Source: Deltaproteobacteria bacterium (lineage in GTDB: Bacteria; Desulfobacterota; B13-G15; RBG-16-54-18). Taken from it: 64,000 nt of DNA. Both the position numbers and the translations under genes were made by a program. This document shows, in pieces, positions 1-10,615 of the stretch. The notes beneath the pieces were generated by a model. The model worked only from the letters and a program-made list of their open reading frames with translations, searched no databases and was not told the DNA's origin. The number at the start of each line of letters is the position of its first letter. The stretch's first letter is position 1. The DNA is taken from positions 10,923 through 74,922 of the forward strand of contig JAFGNJ010000020.1 in NCBI GenBank assembly GCA_016927065.1, in the 5' to 3' direction.

Positions 1-1
1 C

Positions 2-1372
2 GAGCGCATCCCTGAACGGGTGGTGCACGCCAAGGGGGCGGGGGCACACGGTTACTTTGAGGTCACCGCTGACGTCACAAAGTACACCAAGGCGAAGTTT
101 CTCTCCGAGGTCGGGAAACGCACCGAGGTATTTGCCCGGTTCTCTACTGTCGGCGGCGAAAAAGGATCGGCCGATGCCGAACGTGATCCGCGCGGATTTG
201 CGCTGAAGTTTTATACCGAGGAGGGCAATTACGACATGACGGGGAACAATACCCCTGTCTTCTTTATCCGGGACCCGCTGAAGTTCCCCGATTTCATTCA
301 CACACAGAAACGCAACCCCGGCACGAACCTGAAAGACGCAGACATGTTCTGGGATTTCCTCTCACTGACTCCGGAGTCGGTACATCAAGTGACGGTCCTC
401 TTTTCCGATCGCGGCACCCCGAGGACATACCGCCACATGAACGGCTACAGCAGCCACACGTACAAGTGGTACAACACGAAGGGGAATTATTTCTGGGTGC
501 AGTATCATTTTAAAACAGAGCAGGGCATCCAGAATCTCACCCTCGCGGAATCCACCAAGATGAAGGGCGAAGACCCCGACCATGCCACGCGGGATCTGTT
601 CCAGGCCATCGACCGGAAGGAATTCCCCTCTTGGCGGCTGGAAATGCAGATCATGACCCCTGAGCAGGCGGCGGACTATCGTTTTGATCCGTTCGATATC
701 ACCAAGGTCTGGTTCCACGCGGATGTTCCACCCATTACAATAGGCCGCATGGTGCTCGACCGTAACCCGGAAAACTACTTCGCCGAGGTCGAGCAAGCGG
801 CGTTCTCCCCGGCTAACTTTGTCCCCGGGATCGCTGCATCACCTGACAAGATGCTCCAGGGGCGCCTCTTTTCATACCACGACACCCATATCCATCGGTT
901 GGGGCCCAATTATCATCTCCTGCCCATCAACCGGCCAAAAGCAGCGCTGAATTACTATCAGCGTGACGGGTTTATGAATTTTAGCGACAACGGCGGAGAT
1001 AGCCCGAACTATTATCCCAACAGCTTCGGTGGCCCTGAACCCGACCCTGATGTCGGTGAACCGCCATTTGAGGTTTCCGGACAGGCGGCGCGTCATCCTT
1101 ATGCCCATCCCAACGACGACTTCTTCCAGGCCGGGGAACTCTATCGCCGGGTGATGACAGATGAGGATCGCGATCATCTTATTGGCAACATCACCTTACA
1201 CCTGGGTAACGCACAGAAACGCATTCAGTTGCGCCAGGCTGCCGTTTTCTATAAGGCTGATCCTGAGTATGGGAGTCGCGTTGCCGAAGGATTGAAGCTT
1301 GATACCAAAGAGGTGAAGCGCCTGGCGGAGATGTCTCAAGAGGATCGGGCCAAAGCAACCCAAGGAACGTGA
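2..1372 (+). CDS. Monofunctional heme catalase, 5'-truncated by the window edge. The reading frame is open from base 2.
   Basis: The translation carries catalase hallmarks ([30 protein letters not shown]-like start, and the heme distal/proximal regions). The ORF runs to the window start without a start codon. Confidence 0.9.
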   Translation, partial: ERIPERVVHAKGAGAHGYFEVTADVTKYTKAKFLSEVGKRTEVFARFSTVGGEKGSADAERDPRGFALKFYTEEGNYDMTGNNTPVFFIRDPLKFPDFIHTQKRNPGTNLKDADMFWDFLSLTPESVHQVTVLFSDRGTPRTYRHMNGYSSHTYKWYNTKGNYFWVQYHFKTEQGIQNLTLAESTKMKGEDPDHATRDLFQAIDRKEFPSWRLEMQIMTPEQAADYRFDPFDITKVWFHADVPPITIGRMVLDRNPENYFAEVEQAAFSPANFVPGIAASPDKMLQGRLFSYHDTHIHRLGPNYHLLPINRPKAALNYYQRDGFMNFSDNGGDSPNYYPNSFGGPEPDPDVGEPPFEVSGQAARHPYAHPNDDFFQAGELYRRVMTDEDRDHLIGNITLHLGNAQKRIQLRQAAVFYKADPEYGSRVAEGLKLDTKEVKRLAEMSQEDRAKATQGT

Positions 1373-1464
1373 TTGAACATGCAACAACGTTTTTGCGAGA
1401 CGATGGCTAACAAACTACACCAATAACTTGAAGCGCTAGATATAACCTAACAAGGGGGACGAGT

Positions 1465-1974
1465 ATGGACACGAAAATCTTTCGCAAGATCAGCTACGGC
1501 GTCTACATCGTGACTTCGAGAGATGAAGATCGCATCAACGGACAAACAGCCAATGCGGTGATGCAGGTGTGTTCAAGGCCATCTCTGGTCGCCATCGCCA
1601 TAAACAAGGAGAATCTCACCCATGAGTTCATAACAAAAAGCGGCGTATTTTGCGTCTCGATCCTCTCACAGGATGCCCCCCTGAATCTCATCGGGGGATT
1701 CGGATTCAAGTCAGGGAGAGAGGTGGACAAATTTGACGGCATTCCCTATCGTCTGGGAGCGAATGGCTGTCCCATTATTGCAGAGCACACCGTCGGCTAT
1801 CTAGAGGGAACGGTAACGGGAAAACTCGATGCAGGGACACACACCATCTTTCTGGGGGAGGTAACGGAAGGGAAGCTCCTTAATGACGGAGAGCCGATGA
1901 CCTATGCCTATTACCACCAGGTGAAGCGGGGGACCACACCCGAGACGGCCCCCACCTATATTAGAAAAGAATAA
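1465..1974 (+). CDS. Flavin reductase-like domain protein (FMN-binding split barrel), a possible rubredoxin reductase partner
   Basis: 169 aa with a flavin_reduct-like pattern (VYIVTSRDEDRINGQTANAVMQV...). It sits immediately upstream of the rubredoxin-ROO pair. Confidence 0.65.
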   Translation: MDTKIFRKISYGVYIVTSRDEDRINGQTANAVMQVCSRPSLVAIAINKENLTHEFITKSGVFCVSILSQDAPLNLIGGFGFKSGREVDKFDGIPYRLGANGCPIIAEHTVGYLEGTVTGKLDAGTHTIFLGEVTEGKLLNDGEPMTYAYYHQVKRGTTPETAPTYIRKE

Positions 1975-2001
1975 AGAAACAAAAATAAGGAGGGAGAGAA
2001 C

Positions 2002-2163
2002 ATGAAAAAGTACAAGTGTACGGTATGCGGTTATATCTATGATCCTGAAGCGGGAGATGAGGACGGCGGGATCGCTCCGGGAACCCCCTTTGAGGATATT
2101 CCGGACGATTGGGTCTGCCCGGTGTGTGGGGCGAGCAAGGACCAGTTCGAGCCTGAGGAATAG
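2002..2163 (+). CDS. rub: Rubredoxin, 53 aa. It is absent from the ORF track because it is shorter than 60 aa.
   Basis: The translation [53 protein letters not shown] has two CxxCG knuckles. An AGGAGG ribosome-binding site lies 8 nt upstream. Confidence 0.9.
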   Translation: MKKYKCTVCGYIYDPEAGDEDGGIAPGTPFEDIPDDWVCPVCGASKDQFEPEE

Positions 2164-2186
2164 TATAACCGCAACAGAGGAGCGAC

Positions 2187-3287
2187 ATGAAAGTAGAACT
2201 GAAAAAAGGGATCTACTGGGTCGGGGCCATAGACTGGACGATTAGAGATTTCCACGGGTACAGCACTCATAAGGGATCTACCTATAACGCCTATCTCATC
2301 GTGGGTGAAAAGGTGGCTTTGGTGGATACAGTCAAGGCCCCCTTTTTTGAAGAAATGATGGGGCGGATCAGTGAAATCATGCCGCCGGAACGGATAGACT
2401 ACCTGATCGCCAACCACGTGGAGATGGATCATTCGGGCTCTTTACCCCTCTTTAAAAAGGCCCTCCCAAAGGTGGAGGTGTTGTGCAGTCCCAGGGCCAA
2501 GGGGGAATTGAGTCTCCACTATGGCGATGCAATTCCTTTTAAGGTAGTCAAGACAGGGGATATCCTGGATCTCGGGGGGAAAACCTTGACCTTTGTGGAA
2601 ATCCCTATGGTCCACTGGCCGGACTCCATGGCAACCTACGTCAAGGAGGATAAAACGCTCCTGCCCAACGATGCCTTCGGTCAGCACATAGCCTCCGCAG
2701 AGCGGTTTGACGATGAACTGGGATGGGATGCCATCCGCCCTGAGGCGGCGAAGTACTACGCCAACATTGTCATGCCCTACGGCCCACAGGTCCTCAAGGC
2801 CCTGGAAGCATTGCGGGATATCGAGATTGAGGTCATCGGACCGAGCCACGGTGTCATCTGGCGAAAACATATTCCCGAGATCGTAGCGACCTATGAAAAA
2901 TGGGCAAAAGGTGAGACTGAAAAGCGTGCCCTCGTCGTCTACGATACCATGTGGGGATCTACGGAGAAGATGGCACAGGCCATCAACCGGGGGGTTATGG
3001 AGGAAGGGGTGTCGACCAAGTTGTACCGGCTACGCGTCTCGGATAATTCAGACATCGTCCAAGAGCTCCTGGAGAGCCGGGGCCTTGTACTCGGTTCCCC
3101 CACATTAAACAATGGCCTCTTCCCCTCAGTGGCAGAGTTCTCCTGCTATATCAAGGGACTCCGTCCCAAGGGGAGGCTAGCCGCGGTCTTCGGCTCATAC
3201 GGCTGGGGTAAGGGTGCAGCGACCAAGGCCCTCACGACGGACCTCCAGGCCGCGGGTATGGAGGTGATGGAAGAGCTGCAAGTATAA
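2187..3287 (+). CDS. roo: Flavodiiron protein (rubredoxin:oxygen oxidoreductase, ROO/FprA type)
   Basis: An N-terminal metallo-beta-lactamase-like diiron domain (HVEMDHSG) is followed by a C-terminal flavodoxin-like domain. It is directly downstream of rubredoxin. Confidence 0.85.
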   Translation: MKVELKKGIYWVGAIDWTIRDFHGYSTHKGSTYNAYLIVGEKVALVDTVKAPFFEEMMGRISEIMPPERIDYLIANHVEMDHSGSLPLFKKALPKVEVLCSPRAKGELSLHYGDAIPFKVVKTGDILDLGGKTLTFVEIPMVHWPDSMATYVKEDKTLLPNDAFGQHIASAERFDDELGWDAIRPEAAKYYANIVMPYGPQVLKALEALRDIEIEVIGPSHGVIWRKHIPEIVATYEKWAKGETEKRALVVYDTMWGSTEKMAQAINRGVMEEGVSTKLYRLRVSDNSDIVQELLESRGLVLGSPTLNNGLFPSVAEFSCYIKGLRPKGRLAAVFGSYGWGKGAATKALTTDLQAAGMEVMEELQV

Positions 3288-3378
3288 TTCGTCCCCCATG
3301 AGGATGCCCTAAAGCACTGCGAGGAATTGGGCCGCCGTGTGGCACAAAGGATACAACAATCGTAACAAGGAGAGGAAC

Positions 3379-3618
3379 ATGGACATTAAGATATTTACGA
3401 CACCGACGTGACCCTTCTGTCACAAGGCGAAGGAGTTCCTTTCACAACAGGGAGTGAGTTATGAGGAACGTGATGTTACCCAGGACGCGCAGGCCCGGGA
3501 CGAGATGGTTGAGCTTTCGGGCAGGATGGCCGTACCGGTGATCGTCATCGATGGAGAAGTCATCGTAGGTTTTGATCAAAAGACAATTGAGGAAAAATTA
3601 CGAGCACCAGAAAAATAG
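3379..3618 (+). CDS. Glutaredoxin/NrdH-like small redoxin with an in-frame TGA at 3409-3411, read as a putative selenocysteine (active site T-P-T-U-P-F-C)
   Basis: ATG 3379 is preceded by an AAGGAGAGG ribosome-binding site. The translation is MDIKIFTTPT-(TGA)-PFCHKAKEFLSQQGVSYEERDVT...VPVIVIDGEVIVGFD..., a glutaredoxin fold with Sec in place of the first Cys of CPYC. A possible 5-bp stem-loop lies at 3413-3433. Confidence 0.6.
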
Positions 3619-3655
3619 GACGATCCTTGGCTAGAATTAAAGACCGAAGGACACA

Positions 3656-4576
3656 TTGAATACGCACGAGCTCATTATAGTAGGGGCAGGACCGGCAGGC
3701 ATAACCGCTGGGGTCTATGCCGCGCGGAAGCGCATGAAGGTTCTGATGATCGCCGTGGATGTCGGCGGGCAGGCATCGCTAAGCTGGGATGTCGAGAATT
3801 ACCTCGGTTACCAATTCATTACCGGCCCGGAACTTGCCCAGAAATTTAAGGAGCACCTTGATCATTTTGATGTGGAGTTGAGGGAGGGCGAGAAGGCGAC
3901 ATCAGTAGAAAAATCGGGTAACACCGTGAACATCACAACAGATAAGGGGGAATATGCCGCGCAGACGGTAATCGTTGCTTCGGGAAGGAGACCCAGGAAG
4001 CTCGGGGTAGAGGGTGAGGATGAATTTCAGAACAAAGGAATCACATACTGTGCGACCTGTGACGCCCCGCTGTTCGCAGACATGGATGTTGCCGTCATCG
4101 GTGGAGGTAATGCGGCCCTCGATGCCGCAATACAATTAACAAAAATTGCGAAAAAGATATACCTCTTAGAAGTAAAGCCCCAATTGACGGCAGACAGCGT
4201 AATGATAGAAAAGGCCAAGGAAAGCGGCAAGATAGTCTTTAACACCGACACAAAAGTGAAGAAGATCTACGGGGATAAGCTTGTTCAGGGCATAGAAATA
4301 GTCAAGGGTGATACGGTGGAAGATCTCTCTGTCGGCGGCATCTTTGTCGAGATAGGCTCAACACCCGTATCCGATTTCGTCCAAGGGGTAAAGAAAGATG
4401 AGAGGGGAGAAATAATAATCAATTGCAGCTGTGAAACCGATATCCCCGGGATCTTCGCTGCCGGTGATGTCACCAATGTCTTTGCCAAACAGATTATTGT
4501 GGCCTGTGGCGAGGGGGCAAAGGCAGCAATTGCAGCCTTTGATTATGTGAATCGAATGGGAGGAAAAGCAGCATGA
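3656..4576 (+). CDS. trxB: Thioredoxin-disulfide reductase-like FAD/NAD(P) oxidoreductase
   Basis: It has a GxGxxG motif at the N-terminus, a CATC redox-active motif (CATCDAPLF) and a second dinucleotide fold (VIGGGNAALD). A TTG start follows a GAAGGA ribosome-binding site. Confidence 0.7.
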   Translation: MNTHELIIVGAGPAGITAGVYAARKRMKVLMIAVDVGGQASLSWDVENYLGYQFITGPELAQKFKEHLDHFDVELREGEKATSVEKSGNTVNITTDKGEYAAQTVIVASGRRPRKLGVEGEDEFQNKGITYCATCDAPLFADMDVAVIGGGNAALDAAIQLTKIAKKIYLLEVKPQLTADSVMIEKAKESGKIVFNTDTKVKKIYGDKLVQGIEIVKGDTVEDLSVGGIFVEIGSTPVSDFVQGVKKDERGEIIINCSCETDIPGIFAAGDVTNVFAKQIIVACGEGAKAAIAAFDYVNRMGGKAA

Positions 4577-4627
4577 CGTATTCCCCATAACGGGGATAGA
4601 TAAAAAACAAATGAAGGAGGAATTATC

Positions 4628-5005
4628 ATGACTGAGAGGCTCCAGGTCTATAAGTGCGAGGTGTGCGGCAACATCGTGGAGGTCCTGCATGAAGGAGTAG
4701 GTGAGCTCGTGTGCTGCGGTCAGCCCATGAAGCTTCTGGAGGCAAATACCGTGGACGCGGCCAAAGAAAAGCATGTGCCGGTGATAGAAAAGACCGCCAC
4801 TGGTGTCAAAGTAAAAGTGGGAAGCGCCCCCCACCCCATGGAGGAAAAGCACTATATCGAATGGATCGAGATCATAGCGGACGGCAAGGCCTACCGCCAA
4901 TTTTTGAAACCGGGGGATGCGCCCGAGGCCACGTTTGACATCCAGGCGAATAAGATCGAGGCTCGCGAGCACTGCAATATACACGGGTTGTGGAAGGCCC
5001 TGTAA
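4628..5005 (+). CDS. dfx: Desulfoferrodoxin (2Fe superoxide reductase)
   Basis: An N-terminal desulforedoxin CxxC...CC centre ([13 protein letters not shown]...CCGQPM) is followed by a C-terminal SOR centre (KHVPVIE ... HYIEWIE). Confidence 0.9.
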   Translation: MTERLQVYKCEVCGNIVEVLHEGVGELVCCGQPMKLLEANTVDAAKEKHVPVIEKTATGVKVKVGSAPHPMEEKHYIEWIEIIADGKAYRQFLKPGDAPEATFDIQANKIEAREHCNIHGLWKAL

Positions 5006-5020
5006 GGCCATATCTGTCCA

Positions 5021-6715
5021 ATGGATGATCCGCACCGGCGTGTCTTAAACATCCTCATCGGCGGAGAGGCGGGGCAGGGGCTCGTAACGGTCGGGCAAAT
5101 ACTCGCCAAGGGTCTTGTGCGCAGCGGCTATTACATCTGCGTAACCCAGGACTATCAATCGCGGATCAGGGGCGGGCACAATACCTTCGCCATCAGGGTA
5201 GGAGTTGATGAGGTCAAGGCACCGCAGGAGGCCGTTGATCTGTTGGTCGCTCTCACCGCGGAAACCGTGGAACTTCATAGGGACCAGGTATCAGAGGGTG
5301 GACTCATCGTCATCGATGAAGCCCTACAGATAAAAGGCAATAGCACCCTAACGGTACCCTTCAGCCAGCTGGCCACAGACCAGCATACGAACATCGCCGC
5401 CCTGGGTGTGTGCACTGCCCTCCTCGGTCTCGACAAAAAGATCGTTGACCAGACCGTGACCGATTTCTTTGGCAAGGCCCATCCTGACGTTATTGGAGAA
5501 AACAAGAGAGTCCTAGGGGACTCATATCGCTGGGCTGCTGGGCAATCAGCAACCTTCGCACAACTACCCCCCATTGCCACACCATCTGAGCGATTGATGA
5601 TGAACGGGAACGAGGCCATTGCCCTGGGGGCCGTGACGGGGGGTGTGAAATTCTGCGCCTTCTATCCCATGACGCCCGCCACCTCCATCGCCTTAAACCT
5701 GGCAGGGTGGGCATCCAAGATGGGTCTGGTCGTTGAGCAGGCCGAAGACGAGATCGCAGCCATCAACATGGCCTTAGGCGCCGCCTTTGCCGGGGCGCCG
5801 AGCATGGTGGCCACATCCGGCGGCGGCTTCGCCCTCATGATAGAAGGGGTAAGCCTGGCAGCCATGACTGAAACCCCCGTGGTCATCGTCATAGCCCAGC
5901 GCCCGGCGCCGGCCACCGGCCTCCCCACCCGCACCGAGCAGGCCGATCTGGAACTTGTTCTGCATGCCGGTCACGGCGAGTTCCCGCGGGCCATCTTTGC
6001 ACCCGGCTCCATTGAACAATGCTTTGAGCTGACCCAGAAGGCCTTGCAGGTAGCCGATCGGTATCAAGGTCCGGTCTTTATCTTGACGGACCAGTACCTT
6101 GCCGATTCCTACCGGGCAATCGTCCCTTTTGACCTCGATGGGATAACGCCGGTTCAGCCGTGGTCCACAGAAGGGCTGAAGTTCGCTACACCCTATCGCA
6201 GGTTCGCAATGACGGACAGCGGCGTCTCCCCCCGACTCCTGCCGGGTCTCACAGAGCACCTCGTGGTGGCAGACAGCGATGAGCATACTGAGGATGGCCA
6301 TATCACGGAAGACCTAGGGGTGCGCACGAGAATGGTCCAGAAGCGCCTTAAAAAGGAAGCGGGGATCCGCGGGGAGGTCATCCCGCCTAAACTGCAGGGA
6401 GAGGGAAGACCTGATTTGTTGCTCGTCTGCTGGGGATCGAGCAAGGGAGCGGTTGAGGAGGCGGCAGAACAGCTGAGGTCGACAGGTACAAAGGCGGCCA
6501 CGCTCCACTTCCCCCAGGTCTGGCCTCTGGTACCGGAGCACTTTATGAATTTATTACAAGAGGCCAAAGAGGTGGTCGGGGTGGAGGGGAATGCTACCGG
6601 GCAGTTCGCAAGACTGATCCGGCGGGAGACCGGGTTCCATATCGAGAAGCGCATACTGCGCTATGACGGGCTTTCCATGACCCCGGAGTTCATCCTCCGG
6701 GCGCTGAACCCGTAA
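5021..6715 (+). CDS. korA: 2-oxoacid:ferredoxin oxidoreductase alpha subunit with a fused N-terminal gamma domain
   Basis: A gamma-like N-terminus (GGEAGQG) is followed by the alpha core (FCAFYPMTPATSI). The TPP-binding beta subunit is downstream. Confidence 0.8.
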   Translation: MDDPHRRVLNILIGGEAGQGLVTVGQILAKGLVRSGYYICVTQDYQSRIRGGHNTFAIRVGVDEVKAPQEAVDLLVALTAETVELHRDQVSEGGLIVIDEALQIKGNSTLTVPFSQLATDQHTNIAALGVCTALLGLDKKIVDQTVTDFFGKAHPDVIGENKRVLGDSYRWAAGQSATFAQLPPIATPSERLMMNGNEAIALGAVTGGVKFCAFYPMTPATSIALNLAGWASKMGLVVEQAEDEIAAINMALGAAFAGAPSMVATSGGGFALMIEGVSLAAMTETPVVIVIAQRPAPATGLPTRTEQADLELVLHAGHGEFPRAIFAPGSIEQCFELTQKALQVADRYQGPVFILTDQYLADSYRAIVPFDLDGITPVQPWSTEGLKFATPYRRFAMTDSGVSPRLLPGLTEHLVVADSDEHTEDGHITEDLGVRTRMVQKRLKKEAGIRGEVIPPKLQGEGRPDLLLVCWGSSKGAVEEAAEQLRSTGTKAATLHFPQVWPLVPEHFMNLLQEAKEVVGVEGNATGQFARLIRRETGFHIEKRILRYDGLSMTPEFILRALNP

Positions 6716-6731
6716 CAAAGGATATAATGCA

Positions 6732-7574
6732 ATGGTAACACTTAAAGACTATGGCCAGTATGAGACAGCCTGGTGCCCTGGTTGCGGAAACTTCTCCATC
6801 CTGGAGGCGGCAAAGAAGGCATTAGTGGCGAGCAAACTGGAACCCCACCAATGCCTCTTCGTCTCAGGCATCGGCCAGGCCGCCAAGGCGCCCCACTACC
6901 TTAATGCTAACTGCTTTAACGGCCTGCACGGCCGATCGCTCCCCGTTGCAACCGGGGCAAAGCTCACCAACCCTGACCTTACGGTGATCGTCGAAAGTGG
7001 CGACGGCTGTAACTATGGGGAGGGAGGAAATCATTTTTTAGCGGCCATCAGACGCAACATCGACGTGACCATGCTAGTGCATAACAATCAGATCTACGGG
7101 CTTACCAAGGGGCAGGCCAGTCCGACCACGGCCGAGAATTTTGTTACCAAGGCCCAGCCGGAGGGGGTATTCTCAGCCCCTTTCAACCCCATCGCCGTCG
7201 CGGTGGCCATGGGTGCCGGTTTTGTCGCCAGGGGGTTCAGCGGCATGGTCGACCATCTTGCGGATCTGATCCAGGGGGGCATTGCCCATCAGGGGTTCGC
7301 CCTCATCGACATCTTGCAGCCCTGTGTCTCGTTCAACAAGGTCAACACCTTCGCCTGGTACAAGGAGCGATGCTACCCCTTGCCCACGGAATATGATCCT
7401 ACGAACTGGGAGGCTGCGATGAAACAGACCACGGAGTGGGGGGAAAAGATCCCCCTCGGGGTCATCTATCGCAACGCGAGACCTTCTTTGGGGGAACGCG
7501 TGGGCCGCGGGCGATTGGTGGGGAAAGAAACCGATAGAGGCGTGATCGAAAAGATCATGCAAGGTTTTCGCTGA
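6732..7574 (+). CDS. korB: 2-oxoacid:ferredoxin oxidoreductase beta subunit (TPP-binding)
   Basis: It has CPGCGNF and the GDGx24-27NN TPP-binding motif (ESGDGCNYGEGGNH...). Confidence 0.85.
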   Translation: MVTLKDYGQYETAWCPGCGNFSILEAAKKALVASKLEPHQCLFVSGIGQAAKAPHYLNANCFNGLHGRSLPVATGAKLTNPDLTVIVESGDGCNYGEGGNHFLAAIRRNIDVTMLVHNNQIYGLTKGQASPTTAENFVTKAQPEGVFSAPFNPIAVAVAMGAGFVARGFSGMVDHLADLIQGGIAHQGFALIDILQPCVSFNKVNTFAWYKERCYPLPTEYDPTNWEAAMKQTTEWGEKIPLGVIYRNARPSLGERVGRGRLVGKETDRGVIEKIMQGFR

Positions 7575-7615
7575 TATACGAAAAGACCCCTTGCAGAGAA
7601 TCGAGACACTAGAAC

Positions 7616-9706
7616 ATGAGTGCCGGGCAGCCTAACAAGCTTATATCCGAAAAGAGCCCCTATCTCCTCCAACATGCCCACAACCCCGTTGATTGGCATC
7701 CGTGGGGAACAGAGGCCTTTGAGCGAGCGCGAAAGGAGGACAAGCCCATCTTTCTCTCCATCGGCTACTCCACCTGCCACTGGTGCCACGTGATGGAAGA
7801 GGAGTCCTTTGAGGACCCCGAGGTCGCCCAGTTGATGAACCAGACCTTCGTCTCTATCAAGGTCGATAGAGAGGAGCGGCCCGACATAGACAATATCTAC
7901 ATGACCGTCTGCCAGATGATGACCGGCAGAGGGGGGTGGCCCATGACCATCATCATGACGGCGGATAAGAAGCCATTCTTTGCAACCACCTACATCCCCA
8001 AGGAGACCAGGTTCGGCCAAACAGGGATGAAGGAACTCATACCCGCCATCCGGGCGTTGTGGGAAGGGCGAAGGGAGGATCTGTTCACCTCAGCCGAGCA
8101 GATCGCCGGCGCCCTCAACCAGATAGCAAGCGAATCACCGAGCTCGCCGGGAGGAGAGCTGGGAGAGGGCGTTTTGAAGACGGCTTACGACCAACTCTCC
8201 CAAAATTTCGATACGCAACACGGGGGTTTTGGGACGGCGCCGAAGTTTCCCACGCCCCACACCCTGATGTTTCTGCTCCGATACTGGCGGCGCACCGGCG
8301 ATAAGCAGGCCTTAGAGATGGTGGAGAAGACCATCCAGGAGATGAGGCTGGGAGGCATCTACGACCACGTGGGGTTCGGCTTCCACCGCTACTCCACCGA
8401 CAGCCGGTGGTTCCTCCCCCACTTCGAAAAGATGCTCTATGACCAGGCCTTGCTCGCCATGGCCTACACCGAGGCCTATCAGGCAACCGCTGGCACGGAG
8501 GCATACGAACAAACGGCACGGGAGATCTTCTCTTATGTCCTGCGTGATATGATTGATTCGAAGGGAGGTTTTTACTCTGCCGAAGATGCGGACAGCGAGG
8601 GGGAGGAGGGCAAATTTTACCTCTGGACCCAAAAGGAGGTCAAAAGCATACTCTCTCCGGAAGAGGCACAATTGGTTATCTCCGTCTTCAATATTGAAAA
8701 GGAAGGGAATTTTGCGGAAGAGGCGACCGGGAGGAAGACCGGAGGTAATATTCTCTATTTGAAAAAGCTACTCCAGAAGATCGTCCCGGACGGTCTCGGT
8801 CAAACGTTAGAAGAAGCGCGGGCAAAGCTCTTCGACGCACGGGAGAAGCGCGGGCATCCCCATAAAGACGATAAGATCCTCACTGATTGGAATGGTCTGA
8901 TGATAGCGGCATTTGCCAAGGGGGCACAGGTATTTGCTGAACCCCGCTACGAAGAAGCCGCGAGGCGCGCAGCGGATTTTATCCTGGGCACCATGGTCGA
9001 CGCAAAGGGGCGGCTCTATCATCGCTATCGGGATGGTGATCCCGCAATAGCGGGATTTCTGGATGACTACGCCTTTTTGACCTGGGGGCTCATAGAGTTG
9101 TATGAAGCGACCTTCGCAACGAGCTATCTGGAAAGCGCCCTTGATCTCAACACCATGATGCTGCAACATTTCTGGGATGGGGAGCAGGGCGGATTCTATT
9201 TTACTGCGGACGACGCCGATACAATCTTGACACGAAAGAAGGAGGTCTACGACGGTGCCGTCCCCTCGGGAAACTCGGTAGCCATGCTCAATCTCCTGCG
9301 CCTGGCGCGCCTGACAGCCAACCCGGAGTTGGATGAGAAGGCTGCCCAGATCTCCCACGCATGTTCTCCCCTAGTCTCCCAATCGCCAGGTGCCTATACC
9401 CAATGGATGGTCGCCCTCGATTTTGCACGAGGACTCTCTTATGAAGTCGTCATCGTCGGCGATCCCCAGGCAGATGATACAACGGCCATGCTGAAGGTCC
9501 TCAGAAAGGCCTTTGTGCCGAATAAGGCGGCCATCTTACGCCCCACGAGTGAGGAAGACCCCGACATCACCCACTTGGCTGAATTTACCAAGGGTCTTTC
9601 CAGTCTCAATAACAAGGCCACGGCATATGTGTGCAGGAACTTTCGATGTGAGCTTCCCACAACGGAGCCACAGCAGATGTTGAGACTGTTGGAGGGAGAC
9701 GGATGA
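7616..9706 (+). CDS. Thioredoxin-domain protein of the YyaL/DUF255 family, with a C-terminal N-acylglucosamine-2-epimerase-like six-hairpin glycosidase fold
   Basis: 696 aa. The N-terminus ([34 protein letters not shown]) is characteristic of DUF255/YyaL. Confidence 0.8.
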   Translation: MSAGQPNKLISEKSPYLLQHAHNPVDWHPWGTEAFERARKEDKPIFLSIGYSTCHWCHVMEEESFEDPEVAQLMNQTFVSIKVDREERPDIDNIYMTVCQMMTGRGGWPMTIIMTADKKPFFATTYIPKETRFGQTGMKELIPAIRALWEGRREDLFTSAEQIAGALNQIASESPSSPGGELGEGVLKTAYDQLSQNFDTQHGGFGTAPKFPTPHTLMFLLRYWRRTGDKQALEMVEKTIQEMRLGGIYDHVGFGFHRYSTDSRWFLPHFEKMLYDQALLAMAYTEAYQATAGTEAYEQTAREIFSYVLRDMIDSKGGFYSAEDADSEGEEGKFYLWTQKEVKSILSPEEAQLVISVFNIEKEGNFAEEATGRKTGGNILYLKKLLQKIVPDGLGQTLEEARAKLFDAREKRGHPHKDDKILTDWNGLMIAAFAKGAQVFAEPRYEEAARRAADFILGTMVDAKGRLYHRYRDGDPAIAGFLDDYAFLTWGLIELYEATFATSYLESALDLNTMMLQHFWDGEQGGFYFTADDADTILTRKKEVYDGAVPSGNSVAMLNLLRLARLTANPELDEKAAQISHACSPLVSQSPGAYTQWMVALDFARGLSYEVVIVGDPQADDTTAMLKVLRKAFVPNKAAILRPTSEEDPDITHLAEFTKGLSSLNNKATAYVCRNFRCELPTTEPQQMLRLLEGDG

Positions 9707-10449
9707 AGTCACCAAAAGAAAAAATCGGCGAACGGTTCCAGCAAGAGACCAAATACGACCCGGAGAGGATGGATGGGCATACCCTCGACTGGAGCAGGCA
9801 GCCCAAGCCATTTAAGGATTATAAGGCCCCCCTCGCCATCGTCCCCCTCCCTGAGCCCGACCTCACCGGCGACCCCCATCTCTGGCAACTCCTCTATAGC
9901 CGCAGATCGAGGAGAGAATATGACGCGGGTCGATCCTTAACAACCGAAAAGCTCTCCGCACTCTTCTGGGCAGCGCAGGGTATCACGGCCAGATACGGAG
10001 AGGTCCTCTTCAGAACAGCGCCCTCTGCCGGTGGGCTCTATCCTGTGGAGACCTATCTCTTGGTGAGGATGGTCGAAGGGCTTGAGCAGGGTATTTATCA
10101 CTTCAGGCCCCAGGCCTTTGATCTCGAATTCCTGCAGAAGGGCGACCTTGCACGTGACCTGTCCGAGGCCGCCCTCGGACAGCAGCTGGTGATGGCGGCC
10201 CAGGTGACCTTTATCTGGACCGCGGTGGTGGAACGGTCCCGGTGGAAATACCGACAAAGGGCCTATCGGTACATCTACCTCGACGCGGGCCACATAGGGG
10301 AGAACCTCTACCTGGCTGCCGGCGCCCTCGGGCTGGGGTGCTGTGCTATCGGGGCCTTCTATGATGACAAGGTAAATACTATCATAGGGGTCGATGGGAT
10401 CGAAGAGGCGGCCATCTACATGGCTACGGTTGGGTGGCCGCAAGAATAA
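9703..10449 (+). CDS. SagB-type dehydrogenase / nitroreductase-superfamily protein
   Basis: A nitroreductase fold ([17 protein letters not shown]). It overlaps the preceding stop by 4 nt, consistent with an operon with the YyaL-like gene. Confidence 0.65.
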   Translation: MKSPKEKIGERFQQETKYDPERMDGHTLDWSRQPKPFKDYKAPLAIVPLPEPDLTGDPHLWQLLYSRRSRREYDAGRSLTTEKLSALFWAAQGITARYGEVLFRTAPSAGGLYPVETYLLVRMVEGLEQGIYHFRPQAFDLEFLQKGDLARDLSEAALGQQLVMAAQVTFIWTAVVERSRWKYRQRAYRYIYLDAGHIGENLYLAAGALGLGCCAIGAFYDDKVNTIIGVDGIEEAAIYMATVGWPQE

Positions 10450-10615
10450 TCATGTCATGCATACTGGATATAACGTATAATTGTTGTTATTATAATGGTG
10501 TACGCCCCATGATTTCTTCGCCATCAACGAACATTGAAATTTCCTTCTTACCCCCCTTAGAAAAGGGGGGATGGGGGGATTTGAAATCTATTATATTTAA
10601 TAAAGGGAGGAAGAT

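Noticed and set aside
4358-5035. 225-aa minus-strand ORF overlapping the trxB-like and dfx genes
   Set aside because: It is antisense to two well-supported genes and has no motif. It is a shadow ORF.
8807-9358. 183-aa minus-strand ORF inside the yyaL-like gene
   Set aside because: It is antisense to a conserved DUF255 reading frame.
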